Assembly (NCBI GenBank): GCA_965204575.1
Contig: OZ241993.1
Location: forward strand, 1-64,000
Origin: an uncultured candidatus Porisulfidus sp.
GTDB lineage: Bacteria; Pseudomonadota; Gammaproteobacteria; Poriferisulfidales; Poriferisulfidaceae
DNA length: 64,000 nucleotides
Reading direction: 5' to 3'
Shown here: in pieces, positions 8,908 to 19,066 of the stretch
Numbering within the stretch: position 1 is the first letter of the stretch
How the letters are laid out: the number at the start of each line of letters is the position of its first letter
The notes under the pieces: generated by a model
Databases searched by the model: none
What the model was told of the DNA's origin: nothing
What the model saw: the letters and a program-made list of their open reading frames with translations, nothing else
Program-made: the position numbers and the translations under genes

Positions 8908-11247
8908 CGGCGTAAGCGTCATTGTGGCCAGAGCAGGCCCCGGCAGAAACGGGGTCGGCTTTCCTTCCAGCCAGTCGTTGTGCCCAGCGTTGTAGAACGG
9001 CGACAAGGGGTGGCCCGACTGCCCGGTGGGCATGTTCATGATTCCTTCTTCTTCTCGGCCGGGAGAAACAACCGTGCGATGTGAGGCCCCAAATGCCCGG
9101 TGTTCGACACGTGGAAGATTGAGGTCGCCAGACAAGGGGGATGATGGCGCATCCAGTAATCCTCCGAGAAACGGGAGGGCATGGGATAACGGGTGGCGGA
9201 TCCGGGCGTAGTTGCGTGCCCCCCAAGTCGCATCGGCCATGTCTCGTCCTCCCATTGTCATGTCTTCGATGGTCAGTTTCAGCGCAAGTGCCAGAAATTC
9301 ATCCCAATTCTGCATGCCCTTGGGCAGGAAATTCTGAGCCCCGCTGTCCAAGATGCGGGTCAAAGGACCGTCCAATTGCCACCGCAGGTGCCGGGTATGT
9401 CGGTCCGGGAACAAACCCAACCGGATCTGGAGTGCCAGCAGGAAGAGTTCGTGGGCGCGCTTCCGGAAGGTCCGAATAATCCGATAACCAACACTGTCGG
9501 CATTGCTGTGTCCATCCCATTCGGCAAGCCATTCGCGGATGCGGTGACGCTCCACCAGAGAAGCGATGCTGGCCTCGTTCATTGCCCGCTCCAGCCGGGG
9601 TCGCCATTCATCTAGGTAGTCGGCCCGATTGTCGCGCTGCAAAGCCAATAAGTCAGATTCGTTGAACGCGGTTTTTTCTCTCAAGCGATTTCGAATCTGC
9701 TGGGCCCGCATTCCAGAAGTGTAGCGGCCATCACCCAGCAACCCATACTGTTCGCCACCGATGTGGCGGCTGTTGGCCGACCAGAGACGCTGGCCGGGAG
9801 GGTTGAGGACTACAGGGTATTCATCCGGAGACAGCCACTGGGGGGCATGGCTTTCGAGCACATCGCTCTTGATCGGGGCCCGGCCGCTATAGCCTTTGCG
9901 TTTGGGCAAGGTCCCGGCAATGGTCCAGCCGATATTGCCTTCACGATCAGCGAGGAGAACATTTTGCCAAGGGATCGCGGATTGCTGGAACAAGGTCATT
10001 GCAGAGCGTAGGTCTTGTGCGACTTCGACTTGGCTGAAATTGATATGATCCCCTGTCAGCCAGTAAGAAGCCCAGCGCAAAGCACGCTTCCGGTTTTGGG
10101 AGTCCTCACTGACTACAGGTCCCCAATCAGAGACTTCGTATGCAAACTTCTCGTCCACTCCCAGGAGGACTTCCAGCACCTCCTCGACCATAGTCAGCGA
10201 AGGCTCCTCGGGGTCCAACACGATCAAGTCCTGGCTGTCCACATTGCTGTTGGTGAACCCCCAAGCGATTTGCCCGTTGCTGCCGGCAATCAGCCATGGG
10301 AGCCCCGGGAGGGTAAGGCCGCTGGCCATATGCTCCTTTCCGGCATCGCTCCATTGCCAATGCATCCGGTACCAGATATTTGGCACCAGCAGAACCAGAT
10401 GCATGTCGTTGGCAAGCAGGGCACTGCCGTGAGAGGTCAGTTCGCCGCTGACAGCGAAGGCGTTGCTACCGGGGTTTTCCCAGGACATCCGGACGTCTTT
10501 GAGATGTTCCGGATCTAGGGAAGTATCGCTCAGGTCTATTTCATGCGATTCGGGCACATGCGAGGCAAAAAGCGGTATCGGGGTGTCATCCAGCGGGGCA
10601 TCGTAGTGAGTTCCGACCGGTGCCAGGAAGTTTGCGACATCGGCTCCAAAGGTTTCATGCAGAAACCCCACTACGGAGTCGTATTTCCAGTGCCCGCCCT
10701 GGAGGACTAGGTGCATGGCAAAAAGTGACAGAATGCTGTCTTCCGGCTTCCACGGGTCGGGTCGGGATAGGAACAGGACATAGGGAAACGGCGAGACAGG
10801 AAGTGCGTCCAGCCCCTGGTTGACCCCTTCGGTATAGGCTTGCAGGATGGCATGTTCGGTTTCGGAGAGCCCGGCGACGATTTTCCGTGCCTGCTCGCGA
10901 AAACGATGAGGTCGGATTTCACGATCCTCTTCCAGAACAAAGGGTCCAAGCAAAGCGGCTAACTCGCCTGCGGCGAGCCGGCGGCGGGTATCCATGGATA
11001 GGAAGCGTTCCTGAGCATGGACGAATCCCGCTACCCGGGCAAGATCCAGTCGGGATTGAGCCTGGACCGTGGTATGTCCGATGGAGTCACGGGACACGGA
11101 AACTGGGAAATCCAGCCCTGAGATTGCGGCTGCGCCGGAAATCTGCGGGCGACTCAAATAAAGGGCCGCCGTCAAAGCTGAAATAAGGATGAGGATGGTA
11201 GCCAGCGCGACCCCCAGTGCCACACGCAACCGCTTGCGTCTTGCCAT
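8896..11247 (-). CDS. Penicillin acylase family (Ntn hydrolase)
   Basis: [39 protein letters not shown]. Confidence 0.9.
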   Translation of the reverse strand: MARRKRLRVALGVALATILILISALTAALYLSRPQISGAAAISGLDFPVSVSRDSIGHTTVQAQSRLDLARVAGFVHAQERFLSMDTRRRLAAGELAALLGPFVLEEDREIRPHRFREQARKIVAGLSETEHAILQAYTEGVNQGLDALPVSPFPYVLFLSRPDPWKPEDSILSLFAMHLVLQGGHWKYDSVVGFLHETFGADVANFLAPVGTHYDAPLDDTPIPLFASHVPESHEIDLSDTSLDPEHLKDVRMSWENPGSNAFAVSGELTSHGSALLANDMHLVLLVPNIWYRMHWQWSDAGKEHMASGLTLPGLPWLIAGSNGQIAWGFTNSNVDSQDLIVLDPEEPSLTMVEEVLEVLLGVDEKFAYEVSDWGPVVSEDSQNRKRALRWASYWLTGDHINFSQVEVAQDLRSAMTLFQQSAIPWQNVLLADREGNIGWTIAGTLPKRKGYSGRAPIKSDVLESHAPQWLSPDEYPVVLNPPGQRLWSANSRHIGGEQYGLLGDGRYTSGMRAQQIRNRLREKTAFNESDLLALQRDNRADYLDEWRPRLERAMNEASIASLVERHRIREWLAEWDGHSNADSVGYRIIRTFRKRAHELFLLALQIRLGLFPDRHTRHLRWQLDGPLTRILDSGAQNFLPKGMQNWDEFLALALKLTIEDMTMGGRDMADATWGARNYARIRHPLSHALPFLGGLLDAPSSPLSGDLNLPRVEHRAFGASHRTVVSPGREEEGIMNMPTGQSGHPLSPFYNAGHNDWLEGKPTPFLPGPALATMTLTPSEH

Positions 11248-11750
11248 CAGTGCAGGGCGGGAGAATTCAATTCGTCCGGATTATGAATCTCTTCTTCGGT
11301 CGCGTCCCGTACCTTCAGAATATTGAGGAAAAACTTCAGAGTTTTTCCCGCGAGGGGGTGATTGCCGTCCAAAGTCAGTTGGTCTCCGTCGATGGAAATC
11401 ACCCGGAATCGATGGATTTCCCCTACCTCGTTCTCGAAATCTGCTTCGGCACCCACATGGTGAAACTCCTCCGGGACATCGGACAGGCTCTGCGTCAACT
11501 GCAAGTCCGGGTCCAGGTCGCCAAAAGCGTCCTCGGGTTCAATCATGACTTCAACGGTATCGCCTGCCCGCCGGTTTTCCATCGCCGTTTCTATCCGTTG
11601 CCACAGGCCGCACTCGCTGCCGTGAACATAGGAGACAGGCAAATCGATTTGTTCCAGGACCTGCCCGCTTTCATCCATGATGCGGTAGGTGAATTCGACC
11701 AGTTTGTTTGGGCGAATGGGTTCGCCAGAAATGTAAGAGGTCATAGGCAA
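11247..11750 (-). CDS. slyD: FKBP-type peptidyl-prolyl isomerase, SlyD-like
   Basis: YVHG, PEDAFG, LDGNHPLAGKTLKF, VRDATEEE. Confidence 0.85.
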   Translation of the reverse strand: MPMTSYISGEPIRPNKLVEFTYRIMDESGQVLEQIDLPVSYVHGSECGLWQRIETAMENRRAGDTVEVMIEPEDAFGDLDPDLQLTQSLSDVPEEFHHVGAEADFENEVGEIHRFRVISIDGDQLTLDGNHPLAGKTLKFFLNILKVRDATEEEIHNPDELNSPALH

Positions 11751-11925
11751 TGCAACTAGGAGGGGGTTTTATAGATAGCAGACACCGCGAATATATCGCT
11801 TGAGTAATGAAAAAGTTTTTAGCATGTGGCCATTTTACCTAATTGAATCACTACCGTCCCGTTAAAGTATTTTCAATGCGAATCAAAATTAAAGAATGTG
11901 GCATTCTTTGGCACTCATCTACTCC

Positions 11926-11979
11926 CGCTTTTATGATGATCAAAATGTGAGAAATTGCATATATAGGGTCATAAAAGTG
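11926..11979 (+). promoter_or_regulatory. 54-bp AT-rich element upstream of the second DUF4143 ATPase
   Basis: Homologous to 7847-7900, same orientation relative to its gene. Confidence 0.5.
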
Positions 11980-12142
11980 TGGCTTTAAAATTAAGAACGG
12001 CAGCTTTTTCTTAAAAATTTCCATATTTTATGTGTGTTTAATATGGAAAAATACAATTTTTACCTACATAAAAGTTGCAGAAAAACAATCTTTATGTCAA
12101 TATGTCTAGGTGTTACACGATGATTTTCCTATCTTTATTTCC

Positions 12143-13456
12143 ATGTTGTCGCGAAAAATAACAGATCGCCTGAAGGAATGGAAAAGTCGGTCAAAACGCG
12201 ACCCTCTGTTGCTTGACGGCGCACGGCAGGTCGGGAAAACCTATACGGTCAAACACCTGTTTGGCCCAGAACATTTCCGCCGGGTCTGGCATTTCGATTT
12301 TCAAAACGACCCTGAATTGTCGAAATCATTTGAAAGGGGCTTGACCCCCATGACCATACTTGAATCTCTGGAGGCAAATTTCGATGCAAGTGTCGACATC
12401 GAGAAAGACCTGATTTTTTTTGACGAGATTGGGGACTGCCAGCCTGCCCTTGACTCCCTCAAGTACTTTTCCGAACTTCTCCCCGAGGCGTTTGTGTGCG
12501 CTTCCGGTTCCAATATTGGCCTGTTGAAGTCATTCCCAGTCGGCAAGGTTGAGATGTTGAGCGTGTTTCCGTTGTGCTTCGAGGAATTCTTGATGGCAAG
12601 CGGACAGTCCAGGCTTCTGGAGGCATTTCAAAATCGTCGATTTTCCCCGGGGATCCACAGAAAGTTCTGGGATATTCTTCTGGACTATTACTTCGTCGGC
12701 GGCATGCCCAAAGCGGTCGACAGTTGGTTTGATGACAGTGTTCGCACCTCCGACCGCATAAAAAGGGTCAAGCAAATTCATCATGATTTGGTCGAGGGCT
12801 ACCGGCTGGATTTTGGAAAGTATGCGGGAAAGCTGAACGCGCAGCATATCAATGCGATTTTCTCTAACGTGCCGCGCCAACTGGCATCGGATCATGACGA
12901 TTCCGTAAAACGCTACAGGTTCAAGGATGTGATTGAGAAGAAATCAAGTTATCGGGATCTGCGCGGCCCGATCGATTGGTTGGAAACAGCGAAACTGGTG
13001 CGCAAATGCTATCCCGTCTCGGGAAGACCAGAGATACCGCTTGTGATACAGGCCCGGCAAAACATTTTCAGGCTGTTTCTGTTTGATGTCGGCATATTGG
13101 GCCATATGCTAGATCTGAACTATGCCGATCAGAGGAGACAGGATTTCAGGTTCAAGGGTTTCATTGCGGAGAATTTCGTCCAGACTGAATTGAATTACGT
13201 TTGTGGGGAATATCCGACTTACGGGTGGGAAGAGGGTCAGGCCGAGGTAGAGTTTCTTCATCGCTGCCAAGACGGAGAGATTATCCCGGTGGAAGTCAAG
13301 AGCGGCTCCCGTTCCCGCGCCCGTAGTCTGCGTTCGTACCTGAGCCGGTACAACCCAACGCGAGCGATCAAGCTGGTGGGAAGTGCTGGAGGTGAGAATG
13401 ATGGTGCCGTGCAGACTTGGCCTTTGTACAGTGCACAGTTTCTTCGCGACTTGTAG
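12143..13456 (+). CDS. AAA+ ATPase with DUF4143, paralogue of 6475-7785
   Basis: GARQVGKT, IFFDEIG, YYFVGGMP, PVEVKSG; colinear with the 6475 protein. Confidence 0.88.
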   Translation: MLSRKITDRLKEWKSRSKRDPLLLDGARQVGKTYTVKHLFGPEHFRRVWHFDFQNDPELSKSFERGLTPMTILESLEANFDASVDIEKDLIFFDEIGDCQPALDSLKYFSELLPEAFVCASGSNIGLLKSFPVGKVEMLSVFPLCFEEFLMASGQSRLLEAFQNRRFSPGIHRKFWDILLDYYFVGGMPKAVDSWFDDSVRTSDRIKRVKQIHHDLVEGYRLDFGKYAGKLNAQHINAIFSNVPRQLASDHDDSVKRYRFKDVIEKKSSYRDLRGPIDWLETAKLVRKCYPVSGRPEIPLVIQARQNIFRLFLFDVGILGHMLDLNYADQRRQDFRFKGFIAENFVQTELNYVCGEYPTYGWEEGQAEVEFLHRCQDGEIIPVEVKSGSRSRARSLRSYLSRYNPTRAIKLVGSAGGENDGAVQTWPLYSAQFLRDL

Positions 13457-13489
13457 ATCACTCCCAACTCTTCAAGTATTCACCCCATG

Positions 13490-13517
13490 AAAAAACAGGC
13501 GCCCCGGAGGGCGCCTG
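13490..13517 (-). terminator. Porin intrinsic terminator
   Basis: Minus strand CAGGCGCCC-TCCG-GGGCGCCTG-TTTTTT. Confidence 0.85.
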
Positions 13518-13546
13518 CTTTGTAAGGTGTGCCTTGGCTGACTGGA

Positions 13547-15469
13547 TTAGTCGAACCAGTGCACGATGCCCACTGCGAACATTTCAATTTCTAAACCTGC
13601 CTTTCCAAGCCCAGTGCCAGAAATGCCCTGACCGTAGGTTCCGTTGTCGTCGTTGTTGACTTCGGAGTAGGTCAGGCGCAGTTCCGTGCCGGCCGGCATG
13701 GTGTAGAAGATGCCCACGTTGAAGGCGTCGGCCGCAGTCTCGTCCCAGTCGCCCGAGCAGGATGCGCAGGAGACCTCGAGGTCGTCCGCGTCCATGTAGG
13801 AGAAGCGGAAGTCGATGGGACCGCCCATCTTGATCTTGCCGGACACCATCCAGGCGTCGCGCTCGATCTTGACGTTCTGGCCCATAGTCATTGCAGCTCT
13901 GTTAGCAGCTGCGCTGACTGCGGGTTTGGCCGCTACGACCGGTGTCTTCCCAGCTTTGGCCTCAGCAGCATCTGTAGCTGCAGCGACCAGCGCCAGGTAC
14001 GCGACGTGAGCGTCTCTCTCATCCTGAGAACCGCCTGCAGTACCGTCACCGACAGCCGCAGTCAGATCCGGCGGCTGTACGCCTGCGTCTTCAGTTGTCG
14101 CATCGTTGTTGTCATCATCAACCGTGTCACGGGCATTATTCAACGCCGTGATCGAAGCCATGAGAGCTGTGCCGGTAGCACCTTCAGTGAGCACACTTGT
14201 GCCCCCGTTGCCTGCAACCGGATTGCCTTCAGCGTCTACGCCTTCATCCGCTTCGGTAGCAGGGTTGTCAGAGGTCGGTGGGACATAGTTAGGCAAAGAT
14301 GTGAGACCAGTAGGACATCCATTGGCATTATCGCCAGTCACGGCAGAGTTGTCATCGTCCCAACAGTTGGGGAACACCGTTCTCAGCAGGTCGATGGTCT
14401 TCTGCGCCTTGACGTCGTCCTCGTCAACCGGGACCTGCTCGCCTCCGCTCGCCGGAACCGCCGGAGTCATGCCGATGACTTCACCCGCACTATCCAGCAA
14501 GCTGTAGGAGGAACCGAAGTTGGAGTAGCCGAACGCAGTCATGGCCGCATCGACGTTGGTCACGCCGTTGAACTCGTACTCCAGGGTCTCCCACATCGCC
14601 GAGATCTGAACGCTCATGCCGCCGCCCATGTCCATGATGTAGCGGCCGGCCACGCGCAGGCTCTCCGCGTCCGAGGTCTCCATCTGGCCGACGGAAGCCG
14701 CGGTCCAGTCCTCGTGGTCCTGCCAGGTCACCGCCGCCCACACTGGGCCGTTGGTGTAGGCCAGGCTTGAGGAGCGGATCACCGGATCAGTGTCCTTGCC
14801 TGAGTCTGCCCCATACGAGGTTCCACCGTCATCGCGGTTACCGACGGTCCACGCGAAGCGGAACACGAAGCCGTTCCAGTTCGGCGACCAGTACTGGACG
14901 ATGCCTTCCTGGCGACGATTGAAGCCCGTGTCGTCGCCTGCCCCCGCGTAGTTGAACTCATCCCCAGCATAACCGGTGCCCGGCCCCGAGGCGGATGCCT
15001 GGAAGTCGAAGTCGCCGGTGTTGTAGAAGATGGTGCGGGCGCCGACCGAGCCCATGATGCTGGTATGCGATTCCGAGCCCGCGTCGTAGAACGGGTCCAC
15101 CCACTGCGCCACGCCCTCGTTGTAGGGCAACAGCCAGGTGGCCAGCATGATCTCGCCCATCTGCGGATGGGACAGGCCGATCTTGGAGTTGCGGTTGCAC
15201 CAGCCGGTGCCGCCCGCGAAGTGGTTCACGTACATGAACTGCTCGCACTGGACGTTGACCGAGAGGTCGTTGAAGCCGGTGGGCACGCTTGCGCGGAAGC
15301 CGATGTGGGCGGCCGCTCCCTCTATGCGGTCGTAACTGCGGTCAAAACCCGCCGCCTGCTCATCCACGAATTGCCATGAATGGTTCTGCCAACCATAAAT
15401 GTTCCATGTTTCGGCTTGTGCGGCAAACGGTGCTACAATCAAAGCCAAAGCAATTAGAAATGGTTTTTT
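13547..15469 (-). CDS. Porin copy 2, silent cassette (TAA in place of start codon)
   Basis: Minus strand TAA AAA AAA CCA TTT CTA ATT GCT TTG; same conserved barrel segments; ends GIVHWFD. Confidence 0.85.
   Translation of the reverse strand, partial: KKPFLIALALIVAPFAAQAETWNIYGWQNHSWQFVDEQAAGFDRSYDRIEGAAAHIGFRASVPTGFNDLSVNVQCEQFMYVNHFAGGTGWCNRNSKIGLSHPQMGEIMLATWLLPYNEGVAQWVDPFYDAGSESHTSIMGSVGARTIFYNTGDFDFQASASGPGTGYAGDEFNYAGAGDDTGFNRRQEGIVQYWSPNWNGFVFRFAWTVGNRDDGGTSYGADSGKDTDPVIRSSSLAYTNGPVWAAVTWQDHEDWTAASVGQMETSDAESLRVAGRYIMDMGGGMSVQISAMWETLEYEFNGVTNVDAAMTAFGYSNFGSSYSLLDSAGEVIGMTPAVPASGGEQVPVDEDDVKAQKTIDLLRTVFPNCWDDDNSAVTGDNANGCPTGLTSLPNYVPPTSDNPATEADEGVDAEGNPVAGNGGTSVLTEGATGTALMASITALNNARDTVDDDNNDATTEDAGVQPPDLTAAVGDGTAGGSQDERDAHVAYLALVAAATDAAEAKAGKTPVVAAKPAVSAAANRAAMTMGQNVKIERDAWMVSGKIKMGGPIDFRFSYMDADDLEVSCASCSGDWDETAADAFNVGIFYTMPAGTELRLTYSEVNNDDNGTYGQGISGTGLGKAGLEIEMFAVGIVHWFD
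13623..14773. repeat. 1151-bp inverted repeat with 22097-23247
   Basis: By eye identical except one SNP (VDEDD vs VDDDD); alternate-frame ORF translations agree. Confidence 0.85.
15453..15461 (-). other. Putative recombination site, porin copy 2
   Basis: Minus strand CATTTCTAATTGC, 13/13 match to the predicted RNA guides. Confidence 0.65.
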
Positions 15470-15539
15470 TTACTTTCGACAGTCTTGAAAACCCTTCGAA
15501 AAGGCTCTGGCGGTCCCGTATACTGGACTTCCAGCCGGG

Positions 15540-16463
15540 ATGGTCTGCTGTCGCTCTGTGTCTGACCCCGCACACCTTATAAAGTTCAGTCGAGCACGAT
15601 TGAGCGGCCGGCAGATTTCGGAACTGTTGGGATTGTGCAAGGGTCTGATCGCCGACGGGCGAATCACCCAGAGTGAAGCGGAATCGCTTTACGCTTGGTT
15701 GATAGATCAGGAACAATCAGGGCTCCCTCTTGTCCAGACCTTGCAGGCGCGGGTCGGGCAAATGCTCGGAGACGGTGTTCTGGATGCCGATGAAAGTGCG
15801 GAGCTGATGCGGTTGATTCGCGCCCTGATCGACCACCGCGCGGAAGCGGGAATCCCTTTGAGCCGTCGCGGCATGCGGACCAACAGGTTGGACGATTACC
15901 AGGTTTCTGCGTTGCTGGGGCTATGCCGGGGTCTGATCGCCGACGGCAAAATCAATCAGAGCGAGGCGGATGCGCTCCACACTTGGCTGGCGGCCCACGA
16001 AGAGACGGCAGAGAATCCGGTGATGGCGACGTTTAAGGAGAAATTGAAGGATTTTTCCCACGAAGAGACTAAAAACAGCAGTAAAAACATAGAGCTGTTG
16101 AAGCTGCTCGATGGGCTGGTTGGAGGCAAGACGGAAGTCGGGGAATGCCTTCGTGCCACAACCTTATGGCTGGACGACCCACCGCCGGAAGTCCAGTTCG
16201 AAGATCGAAAGTTCTGCCTGACCGGCAAGTTTTCCCACGGCAGGCGCCGGCAGTGCGAGGATGAAATTCGAGCCCGCGGGGGAAGCTGCCAGCAATCCCC
16301 GGCAAAGACGACGGACTACTTGGTGATCGGATCCTACGCCGAAGGCACCTGGATTCAGTCCGCGTACGGGCGCAAGATCGAAAAGGCCGTGGCGCTGCGT
16401 GCCAGCGGTCTGCCCGTTCGGATCATCTCCGAGACACACTGGCTTGCAGGCCTGCGGCAATAA
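15540..16463 (+). CDS. BRCT-domain protein with duplicated TerB-like N-terminal helical domain
   Basis: Two LLGLCxGLIADGxIxQSEA repeats; C-terminal FCLTGKF...TDYLVIG...YGRKIEKA...IISETHW; start uncertain. Confidence 0.8.
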   Translation: MVCCRSVSDPAHLIKFSRARLSGRQISELLGLCKGLIADGRITQSEAESLYAWLIDQEQSGLPLVQTLQARVGQMLGDGVLDADESAELMRLIRALIDHRAEAGIPLSRRGMRTNRLDDYQVSALLGLCRGLIADGKINQSEADALHTWLAAHEETAENPVMATFKEKLKDFSHEETKNSSKNIELLKLLDGLVGGKTEVGECLRATTLWLDDPPPEVQFEDRKFCLTGKFSHGRRRQCEDEIRARGGSCQQSPAKTTDYLVIGSYAEGTWIQSAYGRKIEKAVALRASGLPVRIISETHWLAGLRQ

Positions 16464-16619
16464 TCTTGGGATCTGTACAGGTTCACAGAATACGAGACAG
16501 GACCAGGTCTTGTTCGACATACAACGGATTTCGCCAAGCCACCGTGGCTCCCTCAATCATCACTCGTTAAAAATCGCGAGAATTATGTAGCAAAATCCCC
16601 AAGCGCGGATATAGGCAGC

Positions 16620-16820
16620 TTATTTCCAAACATTAAAAGCAAGGATTCCCAAACCGATTACAGTCGCAATTACCCAAGCCCCGATCTTTATCAAGGTATC
16701 TTTAACCCACTCTCTTATAGCCGTATGTTTGGCGTTTTCTTCCAGAACACCGACCCGTTCATGTATGTCTTTTTTTCTGGCGTATTCTGAAACGCCTTGG
16801 CGTTTTTCCCGCGGAGCCAT
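16620..16820 (-). CDS. Small protein with C-terminal transmembrane helix
   Basis: 66 aa, charged N-terminus then IGAWVIATVIGLGILAF; 2 bp from upstream ORF. Confidence 0.55.
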   Translation of the reverse strand: MAPREKRQGVSEYARKKDIHERVGVLEENAKHTAIREWVKDTLIKIGAWVIATVIGLGILAFNVWK

Positions 16821-16822
16821 AA

Positions 16823-17083
16823 TCAGTCAAGCCAATCCCACAACTTGCCGTCAAAGAAGCCGTAATAGGTATGGTTTATCTTGATTACAACGCCGTTCTT
16901 GGGGTTGTCGCTATCAAGGATACCTAGTTTCAACGCGACTATTTCAGCCACCAATTCCGTGCGGACCAGCAAGGTTTCCTTGCCGAGCCGGTAGCTGTCC
17001 TCAAACAATTCCTCGGCCACAGATTGAACATCTGTGTCCACAGAATAAACGACGTAAACCCGCTTTTCTGCTTCATCTGGCAT
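16823..17083 (-). CDS. Hypothetical 86-aa protein
   Basis: Compact alpha/beta pattern ending YYG...LWDWLD; operon-like with 16620-16820. Confidence 0.6.
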   Translation of the reverse strand: MPDEAEKRVYVVYSVDTDVQSVAEELFEDSYRLGKETLLVRTELVAEIVALKLGILDSDNPKNGVVIKINHTYYGFFDGKLWDWLD

Positions 17084-17129
17084 AGTGCAATCTTATCATG
17101 TCGACCTGTCAATTTCCTTGCGGATTTTG

Positions 17130-17969
17130 CTACATAATCCCCAAAATCGCAGGGCAGTCCAGATCTATGTCATGGTTAACCGTTAATTTCCACTTGGGAT
17201 TATCTATGTACGGTCTGGGATGAATTTCATCAAACCAGGAAACGGGAGGCCTGAGGAGCTTTACTGATCTTGCCTCTTTGGCAAAAGGCTCCAGCACCTC
17301 GGCTTGGCGTGCGTGCCCAACGAAATCCAGTAGGTAGCCGAGCCGGCGCACTGTGGAATTTTCGTAGTTTGAAGCGACATCCGCCAACTTCTTGGGTTCA
17401 GCCTTCATGCCCATGTCTTGGATGATTTGGGCCAAATTGTCAAAGCCGGCAACTTTTCGGAGATAACGGGCTCAATCCAGCAAGGTCACTTCTACGCCGC
17501 TCGCTTTGGCTTTTTCGCCCAAGCGACCTTGAACCGGCATGAGCCAATCCGGTCGATTTGTTTTCTCGAACATCGATGGAGCCTGAAAGACGAACCGGAC
17601 CTGGTTTCCATCGATGTCGAAGTCCCGCAGCTGCTTTGGCACGATGATCTGAAAGACCATGGGTGCCTGATGCGAAGCTCCGTGACAGCTGGCTGCGCCG
17701 AGCAAGCCAATCCGGTAATCCAGGCCTATATGCTTCATAAGCGGGTCGACCCAGTCGAGCACATGAGGAACTTGACCTCTGTCTTCCGGGCGTAGGATCA
17801 GGTAGAAACCACGGCGGGGAGACGCCAATCGACGCTTTTTGAGCAACCGACCCGCCGCCGCGATAAACGCCGAGGATTTCATGTCCAGCACTTTCAATGC
17901 CTCTTTCTTTGAGAAAAAAGCATGCCCTTGTGCTAGACGATCATCAAGGTATTGGCTCAATGCGGCCAT
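17130..17969 (-). pseudogene. Type IV TA antitoxin AbiEi with in-frame nonsense codon
   Basis: RRGFYLI, GLLGAASCHGASHQ, TLLD-TGA(17472-4)-ARYL..., RRLGYLLD continue in one frame. Confidence 0.75.
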
Positions 17970-18037
17970 CCCCCAATCATATACGAAAATAAGGGAATGT
18001 AGCGAAATCCGCAAGGGTGGTTAGTTGGGGGGCAAGG

Positions 18038-18256
18038 CTAATGAGAAGTCAATTCGATTCCAAGATAGCTTTCGACAATCCGCACTTTTTCTGGTGAATA
18101 CATTCCGTTTTAATCGGGGTCTGGCACCTGTATCACACGGTGATTTTCATTTTGCCAGAAGGTGGCAGTTTCCGTTCTCTCTTCTGATTTTTTGTAACCC
18201 ATAGCTGCCACCTTCTGATGTAGTTCTTCCTTCGACATCCAGCGATCATAGGTCAT
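18038..18256 (-). pseudogene. HicA-like toxin with internal stop
   Basis: MTYDRWMSKEELHQKVAAMGY...FWQNENHRVIQVPDPD-TAA(18110-2)-NGMYSPEKVRIVESYLGI; ATGA overlap with upstream gene. Confidence 0.5.
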
Positions 18257-18564
18257 GCTGGCACCAGACAAAATTCTTTATCTGACAAAACAAAAGAATC
18301 CTCTCTGATTTCTTGCTCGACCGTAGAATGATCCTCGGCCATGTGTGCCAGAAAATCATCCAGGGAAATAGCGGTTTCCACATTAAATTCACGTCCGGTC
18401 TTGATTTTCAGTATTTTTTTTATCGACGGAACCAGTTGACGATAAACTGTTGCTGCGTCTTCATTGGCCACCAGCAGCCCGTCGAGATCATCGGAAGTGA
18501 ATATGTGATGATCGTGCTCGAAGCGGTAAAGCACCTTTATCACCGCAACGGTTGATGACGACAT
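18253..18564 (-). CDS. HicB/DUF1902-like antitoxin
   Basis: IFTSDDLDGLLVA motif; SD AGGAG before ATG 18564. Confidence 0.6.
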   Translation of the reverse strand: MSSSTVAVIKVLYRFEHDHHIFTSDDLDGLLVANEDAATVYRQLVPSIKKILKIKTGREFNVETAISLDDFLAHMAEDHSTVEQEIREDSFVLSDKEFCLVPA

Positions 18565-18829
18565 TTTCTCTCTCCTGTCAATTAACGCCGAACACGCCGC
18601 ACTGCAAAGCGACCTGGTAAGCGGTTGAATGGCATGGTCTTTGTCCCGATTAATAAGGGACAATTCATGTTATCACAGGGCGGAAAAATTGAACAAGCGA
18701 CGGCGGCTGGTGACGGCGGCTGGCCAGGAAATAGTCAGCCAGACCTTGCAGATTTTGCTACATATTCCCAAGATATCTGCATATGATCGGGGAAGGAGCA
18801 ATAAGCTTAAGCTTTATTTGCACCTAGAA

Positions 18830-19050
18830 CCGGGCGCAGAAATCAGGATACCCCAACCCTTTGCAACAGCAGACCATCCAAGACTCGGGTTGGTTACCGA
18901 TGCGGTCTGTAGGAGTCGCGGAGTCAAGCCTTTGTCTAATTGCATGGATCACGATGCCAGACATGCCGCTTGGGCGTGAACGGCTTCGCACCGATGTAGA
19001 AATGCCAAGGGTTCTCCGACAGACTGGAGCATCCTGGTTTCTGCGGCCGG
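18830..19050 (-). ncRNA. Putative bridge RNA with guides matching the porin junction site
   Basis: 26-bp closing stem (19025-19050/18830-18855, 24 pairs including two G-U on the minus strand); guides CATTTCTA (19004-18997) and GCAATTAGA (18943-18935) flank an internal hairpin. Confidence 0.7.
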
Positions 19051-19066
19051 ACTTTCAATCAAGTAA

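Larger units (their letters stand above)
16583..18764. repeat. Four copies of a ~21-bp motif CTTGCGGATTTTGCTACAT in alternating orientation
   Basis: 16583-16603 (-), 17116-17138 (+), 17996-18016 (-), 18744-18764 (+). Confidence 0.75.

Noticed and set aside
15464-15471. Poly-A slippage as an ON switch for copy 2
   Set aside because: Changing tract length yields GTA or AGT, not a start codon, and there is no SD.
16566-16603. dif/Xer-like site (TTATGT...)
   Set aside because: No XerC arm conserved among the four motif copies.
17472-17474. Selenocysteine or readthrough at the abiEi TGA
   Set aside because: No redox motif or evident SECIS; simple nonsense mutation fits the surrounding decay.
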